A DNA stretch of 64,000 bases from an uncultured virus (IMG/VR IMGVR_UViG_3300022555_000049) (taxonomy: Duplodnaviria; Heunggongvirae; Uroviricota; Caudoviricetes): the IMG/VR virus record IMGVR_UViG_3300022555_000049; one strand, written 5' to 3'. How positions within the stretch are numbered: the stretch's first letter is position 1; each line of letters starts with the position of its first letter. The notes under the pieces were generated by a model. It was given only the letters and a program-made list of their open reading frames with translations, was not told where the DNA came from and did not search any database. The position numbers and the translations under genes are program-made. Shown one piece after another: positions 45,320 through 56,245 of the stretch.

Positions 45320-45628
45320 AATTTTAGTTTTTAATTAATACTCGTACATTGCTTATACGTATTTTAATTTAAAAAGTTACGATTGTCTTTACGACTATAT
45401 TCCTTTTTAGATTTATGTGCTTTGGTTATACTTTTAAATTTACCATCATTCTCAATCTCTGCTTCACGTGAACCTCTACGTGATGCTTTAATATATGGGT
45501 CTAACTTTTTTTTCATTGTTTTAAATTAAAATAAGGTGCAGTTGCTCTGGTTAAGCAAATTCTGCACCTCCGATTGTTTTAAACAAAAACATACATTGAA
45601 TATATTATACGTACAATATATTAAAAGG

Positions 45629-45856
45629 TTACAATTGAATAAAATCAATTATTGCAAAATCAATTTCCATTTCATTGTTTTCATTATGCCATTCAATAAA
45701 GTCCTCAATGGTATATACATCTTCTAATATGTCTTGATAGGCAGTCCATGATTCACGTAATTTATCATCAAAATCAGGCAAATTCATAGTTTCAATGGGG
45801 TAAACATAACCCACCACTTCTTCTGTTTCTGTGTCGTGTAATGCAATTGCGTACAT
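45629..45856 (-). CDS. hypothetical protein
   Basis: ORF track. Confidence 0.6.
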   Translation of the reverse strand: MYAIALHDTETEEVVGYVYPIETMNLPDFDDKLRESWTAYQDILEDVYTIEDFIEWHNENNEMEIDFAIIDFIQL

Positions 45857-46189
45857 GATTATTATTTAAAATGATTATTATTTAAAATGATTATAATCCT
45901 CTCCATATTTTTTAACCATATCTTGATGGTATCTATCGACCTTATTTCCATTGGTTAGAAAGAATGCAACGTAATAGTCAAACCACCATTCGATTTTCTT
46001 AATTAAAGTTTTCATCGTTAAATTATTAAGTGTTAGTAAATTGATATATTACTTATACGTATTTTAATTAAAGAATGTTACGTTATATCTCGCCAAATGT
46101 TCATATTTTTCATCGATTTGGCTAGATATAGATTAATATAGTCAGCCAAAATAATTAAAAGGGAGATTGCTCTCCCCTTTAATTTAGCA

Positions 46190-47068
46190 TTATACAGTTT
46201 CCAATAGATACTCAAGTACCCTCGAATCTGTCTCAATTCTCTTCTCAGGCAATTCGGTATTTCTACTTCCTTCATTCAAGTACCAATTGATGCCATTATA
46301 AACCAACCAATCGTTGATCTCGGTATAACCAAGGTTCTTATCCATCTCAAGATTGATTTGATTTACGATGGTATTTACGGTATTAAACTTGGCATTATCG
46401 ACTGCCGTAATCTTTGATGCTTCCAACACCTCAGTAATTCTGTCTTCAAGGTCAACAGTCAATTTGCTACTTGCAAGTTTTTCATATTTGCTTGTGATTG
46501 CCTTGGTAATGGTAGGTGCTTCGTTACAAAACCTTTCCAACATTCCATCAAACTCAACCAACGATCTTTTAATTGCCTCAACTGTATGCTTGCCAACGAT
46601 TTGAAGATTAAAGTCCTTCATTTCTTGAACTGCAATAACCAATCCATTGGCGCAGACAAGTCTGAAATAACCCAACATGATACGATATTTGGTCATACCA
46701 TTGTAAGAGTGTTGTACCCTAATCATCGGGAAAATCTCATCGCTTGTGCCATTAATCCTATAGGTATAGTTGGCATCATTAATCCGATAGTCACCATAAA
46801 ACCGAACGTCTTTAACGTGAGTGTATTTCGACTCAAATTTAATGCCGTGATCATTTAAAGTTTCTTCAATCTTTGGAAAGATGTTTTCGTTTGGAACGAA
46901 TCCATAAGTTTTTGAGCAATAGTTCAAATCCATTGTTCCTCTTTCTGTGTGACCAATAATGACCTTTGCATATTCGCTATTGGTCAGATTTGGATTGTCA
47001 ATCATCTCAACTGGGAATAATAAGTCATCCAATGTTGTTACTGTGTTTCCTACTTTAATTTTTGCCAT
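46190..47068 (-). CDS. DUF932-like phage protein
   Basis: Y..VPN, HSYNG, GYFRLVCANG, H, WLVYNGIN motifs. Confidence 0.7.
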   Translation of the reverse strand: MAKIKVGNTVTTLDDLLFPVEMIDNPNLTNSEYAKVIIGHTERGTMDLNYCSKTYGFVPNENIFPKIEETLNDHGIKFESKYTHVKDVRFYGDYRINDANYTYRINGTSDEIFPMIRVQHSYNGMTKYRIMLGYFRLVCANGLVIAVQEMKDFNLQIVGKHTVEAIKRSLVEFDGMLERFCNEAPTITKAITSKYEKLASSKLTVDLEDRITEVLEASKITAVDNAKFNTVNTIVNQINLEMDKNLGYTEINDWLVYNGINWYLNEGSRNTELPEKRIETDSRVLEYLLETV

Positions 47069-47170
47069 GATAAATAATTTTAATTGGTTTATAACAATTA
47101 TACGTTTTTAATTAATAGATGTTACAAAGATTTTAATTAATATTCACAACAACATTAATTTATTCTCATT

Positions 47171-47230
47171 CTAAATAATTACAATATAAGGTAGGTGTGG
47201 ATTACTCCCACCTCTCTCGAACCTCGCTAA
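47171..47230 (-). ncRNA. repeated candidate small RNA, copy 2
   Basis: near-identical to 44291-44350, same promoter context. Confidence 0.5.
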
Positions 47231-47264
47231 TATTTATTATACGTTTTTAATTAAAAAAGGTTAC

Positions 47265-50200
47265 TTAGAACTCAAAATAATCTTTATTTAATTTGAACAT
47301 ATTTCTTTTTGCAGTCATTTGAAATCTTGCAGCACTTAATGTTTCTTGTTTCCAACCAAGCCGTACAATGCCCCCATGACAAACCTGTAGATATTTATGT
47401 ATTGTATCTATTTGCACTTCGGTCATATTGACATTTGTTTTGCCTATTTGATTATTTAGGCAACCTGCAAACTGTACATTATTGCCATGAATTTTAACCC
47501 AACCTTGTTGTTCAAGCCATGAATCAGGATTAATCTTTTCTCTATATGCTTTAGTTGTTTCATCACCTTTAAGGAAATACTTCTCATCTTCATCACCTAC
47601 GTACAATGGGATTAAACCAATATCTTGTAAAGCATCAGCAATTTGATTATGAAGCATATTTGCAATCTCACCATTCAAACCATAGAACACACCCTCTGGA
47701 CTTAACCAACCTGCTGAATAGTTATCCATAATGTCTACTGGTTTAATACCTTCGGACAATACTTCATTAATTTCATTGGTCGCATCAATATATTTAGTAA
47801 GGTCATCTTCTTCAGTTTCAATATCTGAAAAATCCATCTGACAAAGAGAAGAAAAATCTTGAATTACTGTTTGTAAAATTGTATGATATTCTCTCCAATC
47901 AGGCACATATAAATCTTTACCCATAAATTCGCTTGGGTAGGTCTTACGTAACCAATCCATAGTTGATTGAATCTTTAACGACTCTTCGATGTATGTCTTA
48001 ACAACTTTAATTAATAAAGCTATTTCACTTACTTGTTCAAGCTCCATGATTTCATCAACAATATAATCTCTATCACCTGAAATGAAATTTAAAATCTGTT
48101 CATAATCAAACGATAGTTTAACTTTACTGTATCTCATTTGAAATTTAGCTTCTTTAATTGCTTTCTTCAAACCTTGACCACTATGAAGAATCTCATGTGA
48201 TTTGCGTATGTACCAATTTTTAATATCCAATTGTGGATAATCAGTATCATATTCCAAACGTTTGCCAACAAGAAATTCTTGTGTATCTACATCAACATGA
48301 ATCACATAGTCACCTTTAAGTATCTTTAAAGCCAAATCTTGTGGACAGCCAATCATGCTATCAGTAAGTGACTTTAATGCTTTTAATGGACTGTGATTGT
48401 AAAGAATATGTTCTTGGGCAATATTCATTAATGTCTTGCCCATGTTTTCGCCTACTGTGAAATGTAATGTTCTAGTTTCCATTGTGATTATAATTGGTTA
48501 TGATTATTATACGTTTTTAATTAAAAAAGGTTACATCTCTGCAACCTTTTTTAATGTTCTTCATTGGATTTATAATTCCCCAAGTAGATTTAATCTTAAT
48601 TCATCAGTACCCCTAATCAGACGAACATTATTATTTCTCATCTCTTCAATATTCTTAATGATATAATCAGTATAACCATTTCCGAAGAATATAAGCCATA
48701 ATTCGCCATTTAATCTTAATGCTCTCTGCATATCTGCACTACACACATAGGCTATGTCAGATGGCTTTAAAAGGTGCTTTGCATCAATCCAAATAGATTT
48801 GCCATTGTTGTGCAAGTCAAGTCTAAATTCGATTTTTCTACTATTTCCCTTTTCGGTTAATTCATTGGTTAAAGCAGAGCAAGATAATATATTGTAACCC
48901 ATAGGGAAATAGGTATTTCTCCTTACATTACAAACTCCTTCAGTCAATGTGAGGAAACTAGTGTTATTCATTTCCAATAAATTGGGAACAGTAATCTTAA
49001 TAACATCTTGGGTAATAATTTCAGTCTTTGTCATTTTATTATGTTTTTAATTAAAAGTTAAATTAAAAGGTTAATCCACTATATTAATGGATTAACCTTT
49101 TTATCTTATTTCTTCAACATTATTTCGAGGACATCTTTTACAATTATATCCACATACATTTTTTTATCTCCAAATGTATCAAAATCTTTGAATTTGTTAA
49201 TAACGATATCAATAACATATAATGCTTTATTCCAATTTGGGATCAAATCCCTATCTCTGAAATATATTCCCAATTCACGAACCACTGCAAATCCACGAAC
49301 TTTAGTGTTACCAAGATAAATTCTTTCAAGAATTCTAACAATATTCGTGAATTTATCTTTAAATTCTTCGGTTTCCATTATGTCTGCATAATCTTCACGG
49401 CAATAAGTTCCTCTCAACTCTTTGCCATTAGTTCTATTGCCTTCAAAATTATTTACAATCTGAATAACTTTTGCGGGAGTTACCACCGATGATTTAAGGA
49501 TTCCTTTTTGTCCAACAAACTCTCTTTTTTTAACAGTTAAGTTGGTTAATACATCAATATTTACTATACATCTTTCACCTGCTTCTAACGCAGATTGAAC
49601 ATTACCTTTGGCTCTCCAACATGAGTTGGTATTATTGATTATTGACTGATTGTTTGCAAACTCTCTATCACTTACACCATTGAATTTTGGATCATCGGTG
49701 ATCATAAATGGAATTGGTAAGTTTCTTTCGCTAAGTGCTTTTTTCGTATGTGTACCGTTGATAATGGTAGCATCTAAATTAATTAACACAAACGTGGTTT
49801 TAAAAGCATAATCACCATTATCAATATCGGTTAAGATGTTATCTTTCCTTGTTTTTTCAAGACCATTTTTTACACCACGATTGTACTTAGAATTGATAAG
49901 TAAATCGGGATTGGTAGTGTAATACACCTTAAACAACTTTTGTTTAGTAAGCAAATTTGCCATTTCTTGAACTGTACTAATTGTTCTTTTAGCTAATTTA
50001 GATGCTTTTTTCTTAGCTAACTTTTCTGCAAGTGTCTTCATGATAAAATAATTTAATTGATTAATTAATAACGTTTTGTATTTATTATACGCATCTTAAT
50101 TAATAAATGTTACAACAATTACAAACTATTTTTAATTAAAAAAGGGGAGTAATCACTCTCCCCTTTTAAACAAAACTAACCAATTAAACTAACCATACAC

Positions 50201-51337
50201 AATTTCATCAAACAATGCGTACTGAATGATATTGTCAGCAGTACAAGCATCGTGATTATCCAATAGGTCTGAAAGGTTCTCATTGTTTTCTGAACAATAC
50301 CTCGCAATACCTTTTAACATCTTTTCATTGGTTAGTTCCCATTTTTCTGAAGACTCTGCATCATACAATACCAACGTGCCACCAAAACCAATTGCATCTG
50401 AAGCAAATTCTACACTAGATAAGTCTTCTTCGCTAATACCTAAGTATTTTTTATCTTTATCCAATTTGATTATCGCCTTGCGACACCAATAATTAATACC
50501 ACCTTCCAATGCACTTACAACTAGGTAGTTAATGTCCTCACTTGTGAATTCGTGAGTCTGCTCAATTGATACACTAAATTTCTTTTCCATTGGTTAAAGT
50601 TTTAAATTAGATTCATTTTTTTGATTTCATTCTTATCAACATACTGATTAGTACCACCGCTAGTAAGATGCCATAGCGTTTGTTTTAATTGGTTATATCT
50701 ATTATACGTACATTGACCACAAATGTTACAACTTTTAATTAAAAAGGTTACACTATTTCCACAAATATTTTGGTACATCTGTTTCACTCATACTGTTGTA
50801 TAAACGATTGATTTTATTGTTAAAGTCCTTTGATTTCATACATTCATCAAATGAGTCATAGATATCATTTTCTCGGTGAAATTGAGTGTAAATAGTAAAC
50901 CTTAATTTAGAATTAATTTTCATTCCAAAATCTGTTCTGTCCTCATCCATTACAACTCTAACATTGAACGTAAAATCATAACCCGAATATTTTGGAAGAT
51001 ATTCTTCGTTTTCGCTAACGTGAAATTGAATCTTAATTCCTTTGTTGTAATAATTGCCCTCAGTCTCTCTAACTGCTTCAAGCGGTACTTTACCATTTTT
51101 AAAATCTGCGTTGATTTTAGCAATGTAATCATCCATAGTTTTATTCGTTACAACTCTCATTCCTTTGTTGTAAATCTCCAATTCTTTTCTGCCATTCAGA
51201 ATTCTGTTATATTCACCATTAAGCATATTGACATTGATAATGCTGAAAGAGACATTACTATTGGTATTGTTCAAAGCAATGAATTCATTCTCAATGGTTG
51301 AGATGATGTTTTTCTGTTCTACTGTTAGATTCTTCAT
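47265..51337 (-). CDS. hypothetical genes (47265-48482, 48570-49034, 49106-50041 weakly ParB-like, 50189-50590, 50753-51337)
   Basis: long clean ORFs, most preceded by an ECF-type motif. Confidence 0.75.
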
Positions 51338-51709
51338 TTTTTACTTTTAATTGGTTTATATATTATACGAATCTTAATTAAAAAGGTTACAAAAAAATTA
51401 TTCAGGCTAGGCTCTACTAGTTCAAATGATTATTTATTTTTATCCTGAACTATCTTTAATTAAAAAGGTTACAAACTTTCTTAAGATTACGTCCCTTTGA
51501 CCACATGTCGTAAAAATCAATTACAGCCTCAAATACCTCATTTTCCGAATCAATGCTTGTCTTATGTGTATCAATATAATACTCTGCCAGCAGGGTCAAA
51601 TTAACGGTATTACACGTGGTATCCAAATAATCATTGAGGTTGTGATTCAACTCCCTTGAAAAAACTTAGTCTCGATTGCCATTGGGAAGGTTTTAATTGG
51701 TTTAACATT

Positions 51710-51808
51710 TGTGAAGATGAAAGGACTTGAACCTTTGACTCTCATAGCGTTACTTCGAAGATACTATGCCTATGTGACTAGGGACTCTGCCAACTGACTT
51801 ACATCTCC
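51710..51808 (-). ncRNA. aberrant tRNA-like element with a long extra arm
   Basis: acceptor GGAGATG/CATCTTC-A, D-loop AGTTGGCA, T-arm AAAGG-TTCAAGT-CCTTT; non-canonical anticodon loop; promoter motif at 51815-51842. Confidence 0.6.
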
Positions 51809-52271
51809 ATTTATTATACGTACATTGACCACTAAAGGTTATTGATTACCACAAGTAAAAGAACGCAGGTATTTTATATCCCTTAATCAATTGGTACATA
51901 AATTTGAAGAATGCGATGCACCAAGCCAATGTCATCAAAGAAAAAACTGCTGTTAAAATAAATGTAATTGCGTTCATAATAAAAAGTTTTAATTGGTTTA
52001 CTTATTATACGTACATTGCACACAAAGGTTACAACTTTTAATTAAAATTTATCCCGCACAACTCTTATAAGCCAGATTCCAAACATTATAATGTTTGCTT
52101 ATAACATACAATTCAAAAAAGCTATCTGCCCTTGGGTGAACATTGTCTATATGAATTACCTTAAACTTTTCGCTATCATAATCATATTCAATGGGTTCTA
52201 CGCCTTTATTAAAGTAATCCTTTAAGGACAATAATAAATACTACTTAGTGAGAAAATGATATTAAATAAAG

Positions 52272-52519
52272 TTATTTGCACATTCTTTTTAATTCATCCT
52301 TTATTTCCCTTGCTTTCAAACCTTTCCAGCTTGAAGCATTACTTAAAAATACAGAACAATACTTTTGGCTGAGTCATATCCGAAATAGTCGTTAATGCTG
52401 TGCAATGTACACATTGCATTCAAATAAGGGACTGCACAGTAATTTACTTTTGTCCAATCCTTACGAATCTCCCTTGCGATTTGGCTCAATGGTCTTACTT
52501 CTCTGGTTGTTGCGTTCAT
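52272..52519 (-). pseudogene. conserved small phage protein with a single-base frameshift
   Basis: ..SIVLYF stops at TATTTTTAA; one extra T restores LSNASSWKGLKAREIKDELK. Confidence 0.65.
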
Positions 52520-52592
52520 GGTATTGGTTTTAATTGGTTTATTAATTATACGTTTCTTAATTAAAAAGGTTACAGAAATTATATAATTACCA

Positions 52593-52781
52593 TTACAAAA
52601 GTTTCTTACTATTGTCAATAACATACAGTAAACTTATGTAACAGTATGTTGCAGAAACAATAACTATAAAGGTAACTAACTTCCCAAAAGCTATTATGCT
52701 CACATCGTAAAGATATAGATAAAAGAACGTAGCCAAGCTAAAGAATAATACACTAACTAATAATACTAAGAATGTTTTCAT
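52593..52781 (-). CDS. small membrane protein
   Basis: two hydrophobic segments. Confidence 0.6.
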   Translation of the reverse strand: MKTFLVLLVSVLFFSLATFFYLYLYDVSIIAFGKLVTFIVIVSATYCYISLLYVIDNSKKLL

Positions 52782-52859
52782 TGTGTCAATTGTTTATGGT
52801 TACTAATCTGAACATTGTACTATTTACTTTTCGATTCTAAGCCGTTTTAACGGCACTTC

Positions 52860-53600
52860 CTACTTAAGTGAGTAGGAAGTACCAACGAATTTTAACTCTG
52901 CTTTCAGCATCTCCCTACAACGTAGGATTTGTACTTTAACATTACCTAATGACATATCTAAAGTTTCTGCAATTTCTTTATAACTGTACTGCCCAATGAA
53001 ATAGAGTTGAGCAATTTGTTGATACTTTGGTTTAAGACTGTTAAAACCTTTGTTAACACTTGTTAACAATTCCTCATTTTCGCTTTCTGCACTTGCATCG
53101 CTCTGAGCATCAAATTCTAACCATTCGCTACCATCTTCGTTAACAAAATCACTGATGTAGGTCTTGTTATTAACTCTCATTTTGGTGACAGTACTGTTGC
53201 CAAAATCATCAACATCCTCAACACTCTTAACACAAGTATCTTTGTGATAAGAATCAATAATTAATTGGTATGCGATACCCTTCAACCAAGTGGTTATCTT
53301 GCCTTTGGTTGAGTCGTAACCATATTTATCAGCCTTTAAAAAAGTATCATTGCAAACTTCCTTTGCAACTTCCTTATGTTTGTAGTTCATCTTATAATTG
53401 ATGAACTGTAAAACTTCATTATAATACTTTGAGTAGATTTGCTCAAACGTCATTTCTTTCTCAACCTTAACAGTACCTTTGGCAATGCCCCAAGACTGTT
53501 TCATACAGAAACTAAACATTTCCATTGTCCTAACAGATTGGTTTCTAAACATTTGCCAAGCACGTTTCATTATTTCTGATTTGTTGTAGGTCGTTTTCAT
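52860..53600 (-). CDS. ECF-type sigma-70 family RNA polymerase sigma factor
   Basis: region 2 FEQIY..AKEVCNDTFLK..ITTWLKGIA..IID; region 4 LKPKYQQI..YSYKEIAETLDMSLGNVK.QILR.R; ATG at 53600 preferred. Confidence 0.88.
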   Translation of the reverse strand: MKTTYNKSEIMKRAWQMFRNQSVRTMEMFSFCMKQSWGIAKGTVKVEKEMTFEQIYSKYYNEVLQFINYKMNYKHKEVAKEVCNDTFLKADKYGYDSTKGKITTWLKGIAYQLIIDSYHKDTCVKSVEDVDDFGNSTVTKMRVNNKTYISDFVNEDGSEWLEFDAQSDASAESENEELLTSVNKGFNSLKPKYQQIAQLYFIGQYSYKEIAETLDMSLGNVKVQILRCREMLKAELKFVGTSYSLK

Positions 53601-53720
53601 CGTGATAAGAATTAAGGTTTGTAACTGAATCCGATACAATAGTAGTGAATGTTTTTTAATTAATAACTATGCTGAACGTAATCAATAATCATTATAAATT
53701 ACGAAAGTTTTAATTAAAAA

Positions 53721-53750
53721 CGTAACAACGTATTAATATAATCCGTATAA
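53721..53750 (+). promoter_or_regulatory. ECF-type promoter motif
   Basis: CGTAAC-N17-CGTATA upstream of 53797. Confidence 0.7.
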
Positions 53751-53796
53751 TTGTCAAACAAAACAATAACATTTTTAAACCTTTAATTTTATTATT

Positions 53797-54384
53797 ATGA
53801 AAACTTTCACAAAACAAATCAAAGCAATTGTTTCTTTATTCTCTGAATTAAACGGTGCGTCTTTTGTAGGCATTCGCAACTATGTCTCTGAAAAGTCAGG
53901 CGAAATTGCTAATTTTGTTGTAATAGCTAATTTCAGTTATGCAAACGCAATTGAACACGACTTAAAAGCACTTCAAAACTTTTCAATCTTTGATATTAAT
54001 GAAATATCAAAATTAGGCTTTTCTGTTGAACTTATCAAACAAGCTATTGACAAGCTAAAAACTAGCTTTGAAAACAACATTAACACTGAAACACAAAGCA
54101 ACCAAAGTAAAGGACAACAAGACGCTTATTTGCCCATTACAAACAGTATTAAATTACACATTGAAACAGGCAAAATACATTTGTTTGCTTTGTCACACGA
54201 TAAAAAAATTGTTCAACCTGCAACTGAACCTTTTAAAGAAGTAAACAGTAGAGAATTAACCCTTTGCCAAAATGCGGTAAAAAAATACTTTAAATTCAAA
54301 ACCATTAAATACAGACAATTTATTGTAACACCTGAACAACTTTCAACTGTTGCAATTAAAGGTCAGGAAGTCTGTTTTGTTTAG
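53797..54384 (+). CDS. hypothetical protein divergent from the sigma gene
   Basis: clean ORF with its own promoter and terminator. Confidence 0.85.
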   Translation: MKTFTKQIKAIVSLFSELNGASFVGIRNYVSEKSGEIANFVVIANFSYANAIEHDLKALQNFSIFDINEISKLGFSVELIKQAIDKLKTSFENNINTETQSNQSKGQQDAYLPITNSIKLHIETGKIHLFALSHDKKIVQPATEPFKEVNSRELTLCQNAVKKYFKFKTIKYRQFIVTPEQLSTVAIKGQEVCFV

Positions 54385-54398
54385 ACTGATTCCAATTT

Positions 54399-54428
54399 AA
54401 AAAGGTTACAGAAATGTAACCTTTTTTT
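54399..54428 (+). terminator. intrinsic terminator
   Basis: AAAAGGTTACA-gaaa-TGTAACCTTTTTTT. Confidence 0.8.
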
Positions 54429-54585
54429 ATGTCCATACCTATTATTCATATCCATTCTAAATAACAAGTAGTCAATCAGTTAAACCTTTTCTTTGCCCAT
54501 TTTAAGGCGATTTAAGCTACCCTATTCTGATGTGGATGCCCAATATCATTCTCTAATTATCTTATCCCTATGCCTTCCTTTAGTA

Positions 54586-54616
54586 CCCTACCACCCCGTA
54601 TCCCCCGCTATCCCCC
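54586..54616 (-). other. G-quadruplex-type motif in a C-rich island
   Basis: minus strand GGGGG-ATAGC-GGGGG-ATAC-GGGG-TGGTA-GGG. Confidence 0.55.
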
Positions 54617-54822
54617 ACGGGTAGGACACCTCCCTCTGGGGCTGTCGGTGCTGCCCTTGTATCTCCTCATAAAGTTCACAAATTTCCCAAAAAAAATTTT
54701 TATTTCCTAAATAATCGCTTTAATTAAATTTTATAAAAACCTGAGATTCAATGAGTTATGTAAAAATTCGGTCTTATAATTATTTTCAAAAAATTTTAAG
54801 ATTATCTTAAATAGTTATTAAT

Positions 54823-56136
54823 TTACAACCCAGAATTAATTCTACTTAACTCGATATCTAACTCCCATTCCATAATATTATTTAAATAATCGTTGTTTGT
54901 TATACGAATTATATTAATGTTATTATCTTTGCAATAATTATTTTTAATTTCGTCATGTTTTTTTCTTTTAATTAGTCCCTCTTCGCCTCCGAATTTTTTA
55001 ACTGCTTTATAATGTTGAACACCATCAAACTCAACAATGGTATTATAGTCGGGAAGGAAAAAATCAAAAGGAAGTTTGTTTATGTTTTTACAGTCGTCAA
55101 ATTTTTTCTGCCAGATATAATTAATATTTTTTCTTATTAAATAAGTTTTAATTCTTATTTCACCATGAGACATAATTTCATCTGGGTCTGTTCCAAAGAA
55201 ATCGAAATGGCTTACCCACATTTTATAAAACCTATGAGGGTTACTAGGCAATTCCGTTTGTTGAGTTCTTTTATACCATTTTTTATATTCTCTAAATGAT
55301 TTAATTTCGAGTTTTAACATTTTTAATTTTGCTTCTTCGTAGGATAAATAATTTTCACAATTTCCTTTTTCTGAAATGATTTTGATATTTTTAGATAATG
55401 AGCCATTAATTATTGTATCTGCAGTAACTAAAATTTCTTTATTTGTTAATTTGTTATATAATTTAACCTTAATTTTATCTGGGTTATGGTTATCAATTAT
55501 TCCATTAAATTTATATAAGTTTGAATATTCATTTTTAATAATTTCGGATATTTTTTTATTAATTAATATTCTCGCATTAACAATTACGTTATTATTATAT
55601 TCCTTTAGACATGTTTTACAAATATAGGTAGTGTCCAATTTTTTATAATCATTTCTTTGTATATTTGTATTTGTTAAATGTTTTTTACAAAAGAAATTAA
55701 CATGTGTGTCTGTTAAGGTAATATCGTAATCATCTGAAATTTTCTTCAATCTATTAATTAAACTTGTATTATTAATTTCTTTTTGTTTTTCTATGTTACA
55801 AGTTGGACAACCTTGTGATGAATTTCTAGTTTTCCCAACCAAGACGTTACCGTGGGTTTCACAGGTATAATAATTATGATTGTTTATTAATATTATTTTA
55901 TTCTCTGGTTTGGGAGAACATTTTGGACATTTACTGCCTCCTTTTTGATGGTTTGAGATTCTATTAATAATAAATCTCCCGTGGGTTTTACAAATAGCAT
56001 GAAACGGTTTATTTATGTTAATATAAGAATCTTCATCGTACTCATATTCGTTATTATGAATAATTCTCAAATTTTCAAATAATTGTTTTTTTATTTCTTT
56101 AAGATATTCTTCCCTGTTTTTTAAATAACTTCCCAT
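54823..56136 (-). CDS. putative homing endonuclease with CxxH/CxxC Zn-ribbons and a C-terminal PD-(D/E)XK (DUF2726/Vsr-like) domain
   Basis: ICKTHG, CPKC, SHGE, LPFDFFLP, VEFDGVQHY, KNNYCKDNNINIIRI. Confidence 0.75.
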   Translation of the reverse strand: MGSYLKNREEYLKEIKKQLFENLRIIHNNEYEYDEDSYININKPFHAICKTHGRFIINRISNHQKGGSKCPKCSPKPENKIILINNHNYYTCETHGNVLVGKTRNSSQGCPTCNIEKQKEINNTSLINRLKKISDDYDITLTDTHVNFFCKKHLTNTNIQRNDYKKLDTTYICKTCLKEYNNNVIVNARILINKKISEIIKNEYSNLYKFNGIIDNHNPDKIKVKLYNKLTNKEILVTADTIINGSLSKNIKIISEKGNCENYLSYEEAKLKMLKLEIKSFREYKKWYKRTQQTELPSNPHRFYKMWVSHFDFFGTDPDEIMSHGEIRIKTYLIRKNINYIWQKKFDDCKNINKLPFDFFLPDYNTIVEFDGVQHYKAVKKFGGEEGLIKRKKHDEIKNNYCKDNNINIIRITNNDYLNNIMEWELDIELSRINSGL

Positions 56137-56245
56137 TAAGTAATAATTAATTTCGTGTAAATATATAAATTAATATTTATTATAAATACTAATTTAGAAT
56201 AAATTTTGAATTAACTTATTAGTATTTATGGTTAAAAGCATCATA

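Noticed and set aside
51710..51808. Selenocysteine or opal-suppressor tRNA (TCA in loop)
   Set aside because: Loop geometry is non-canonical with no U33-type context; TGA appears to be used as a normal stop
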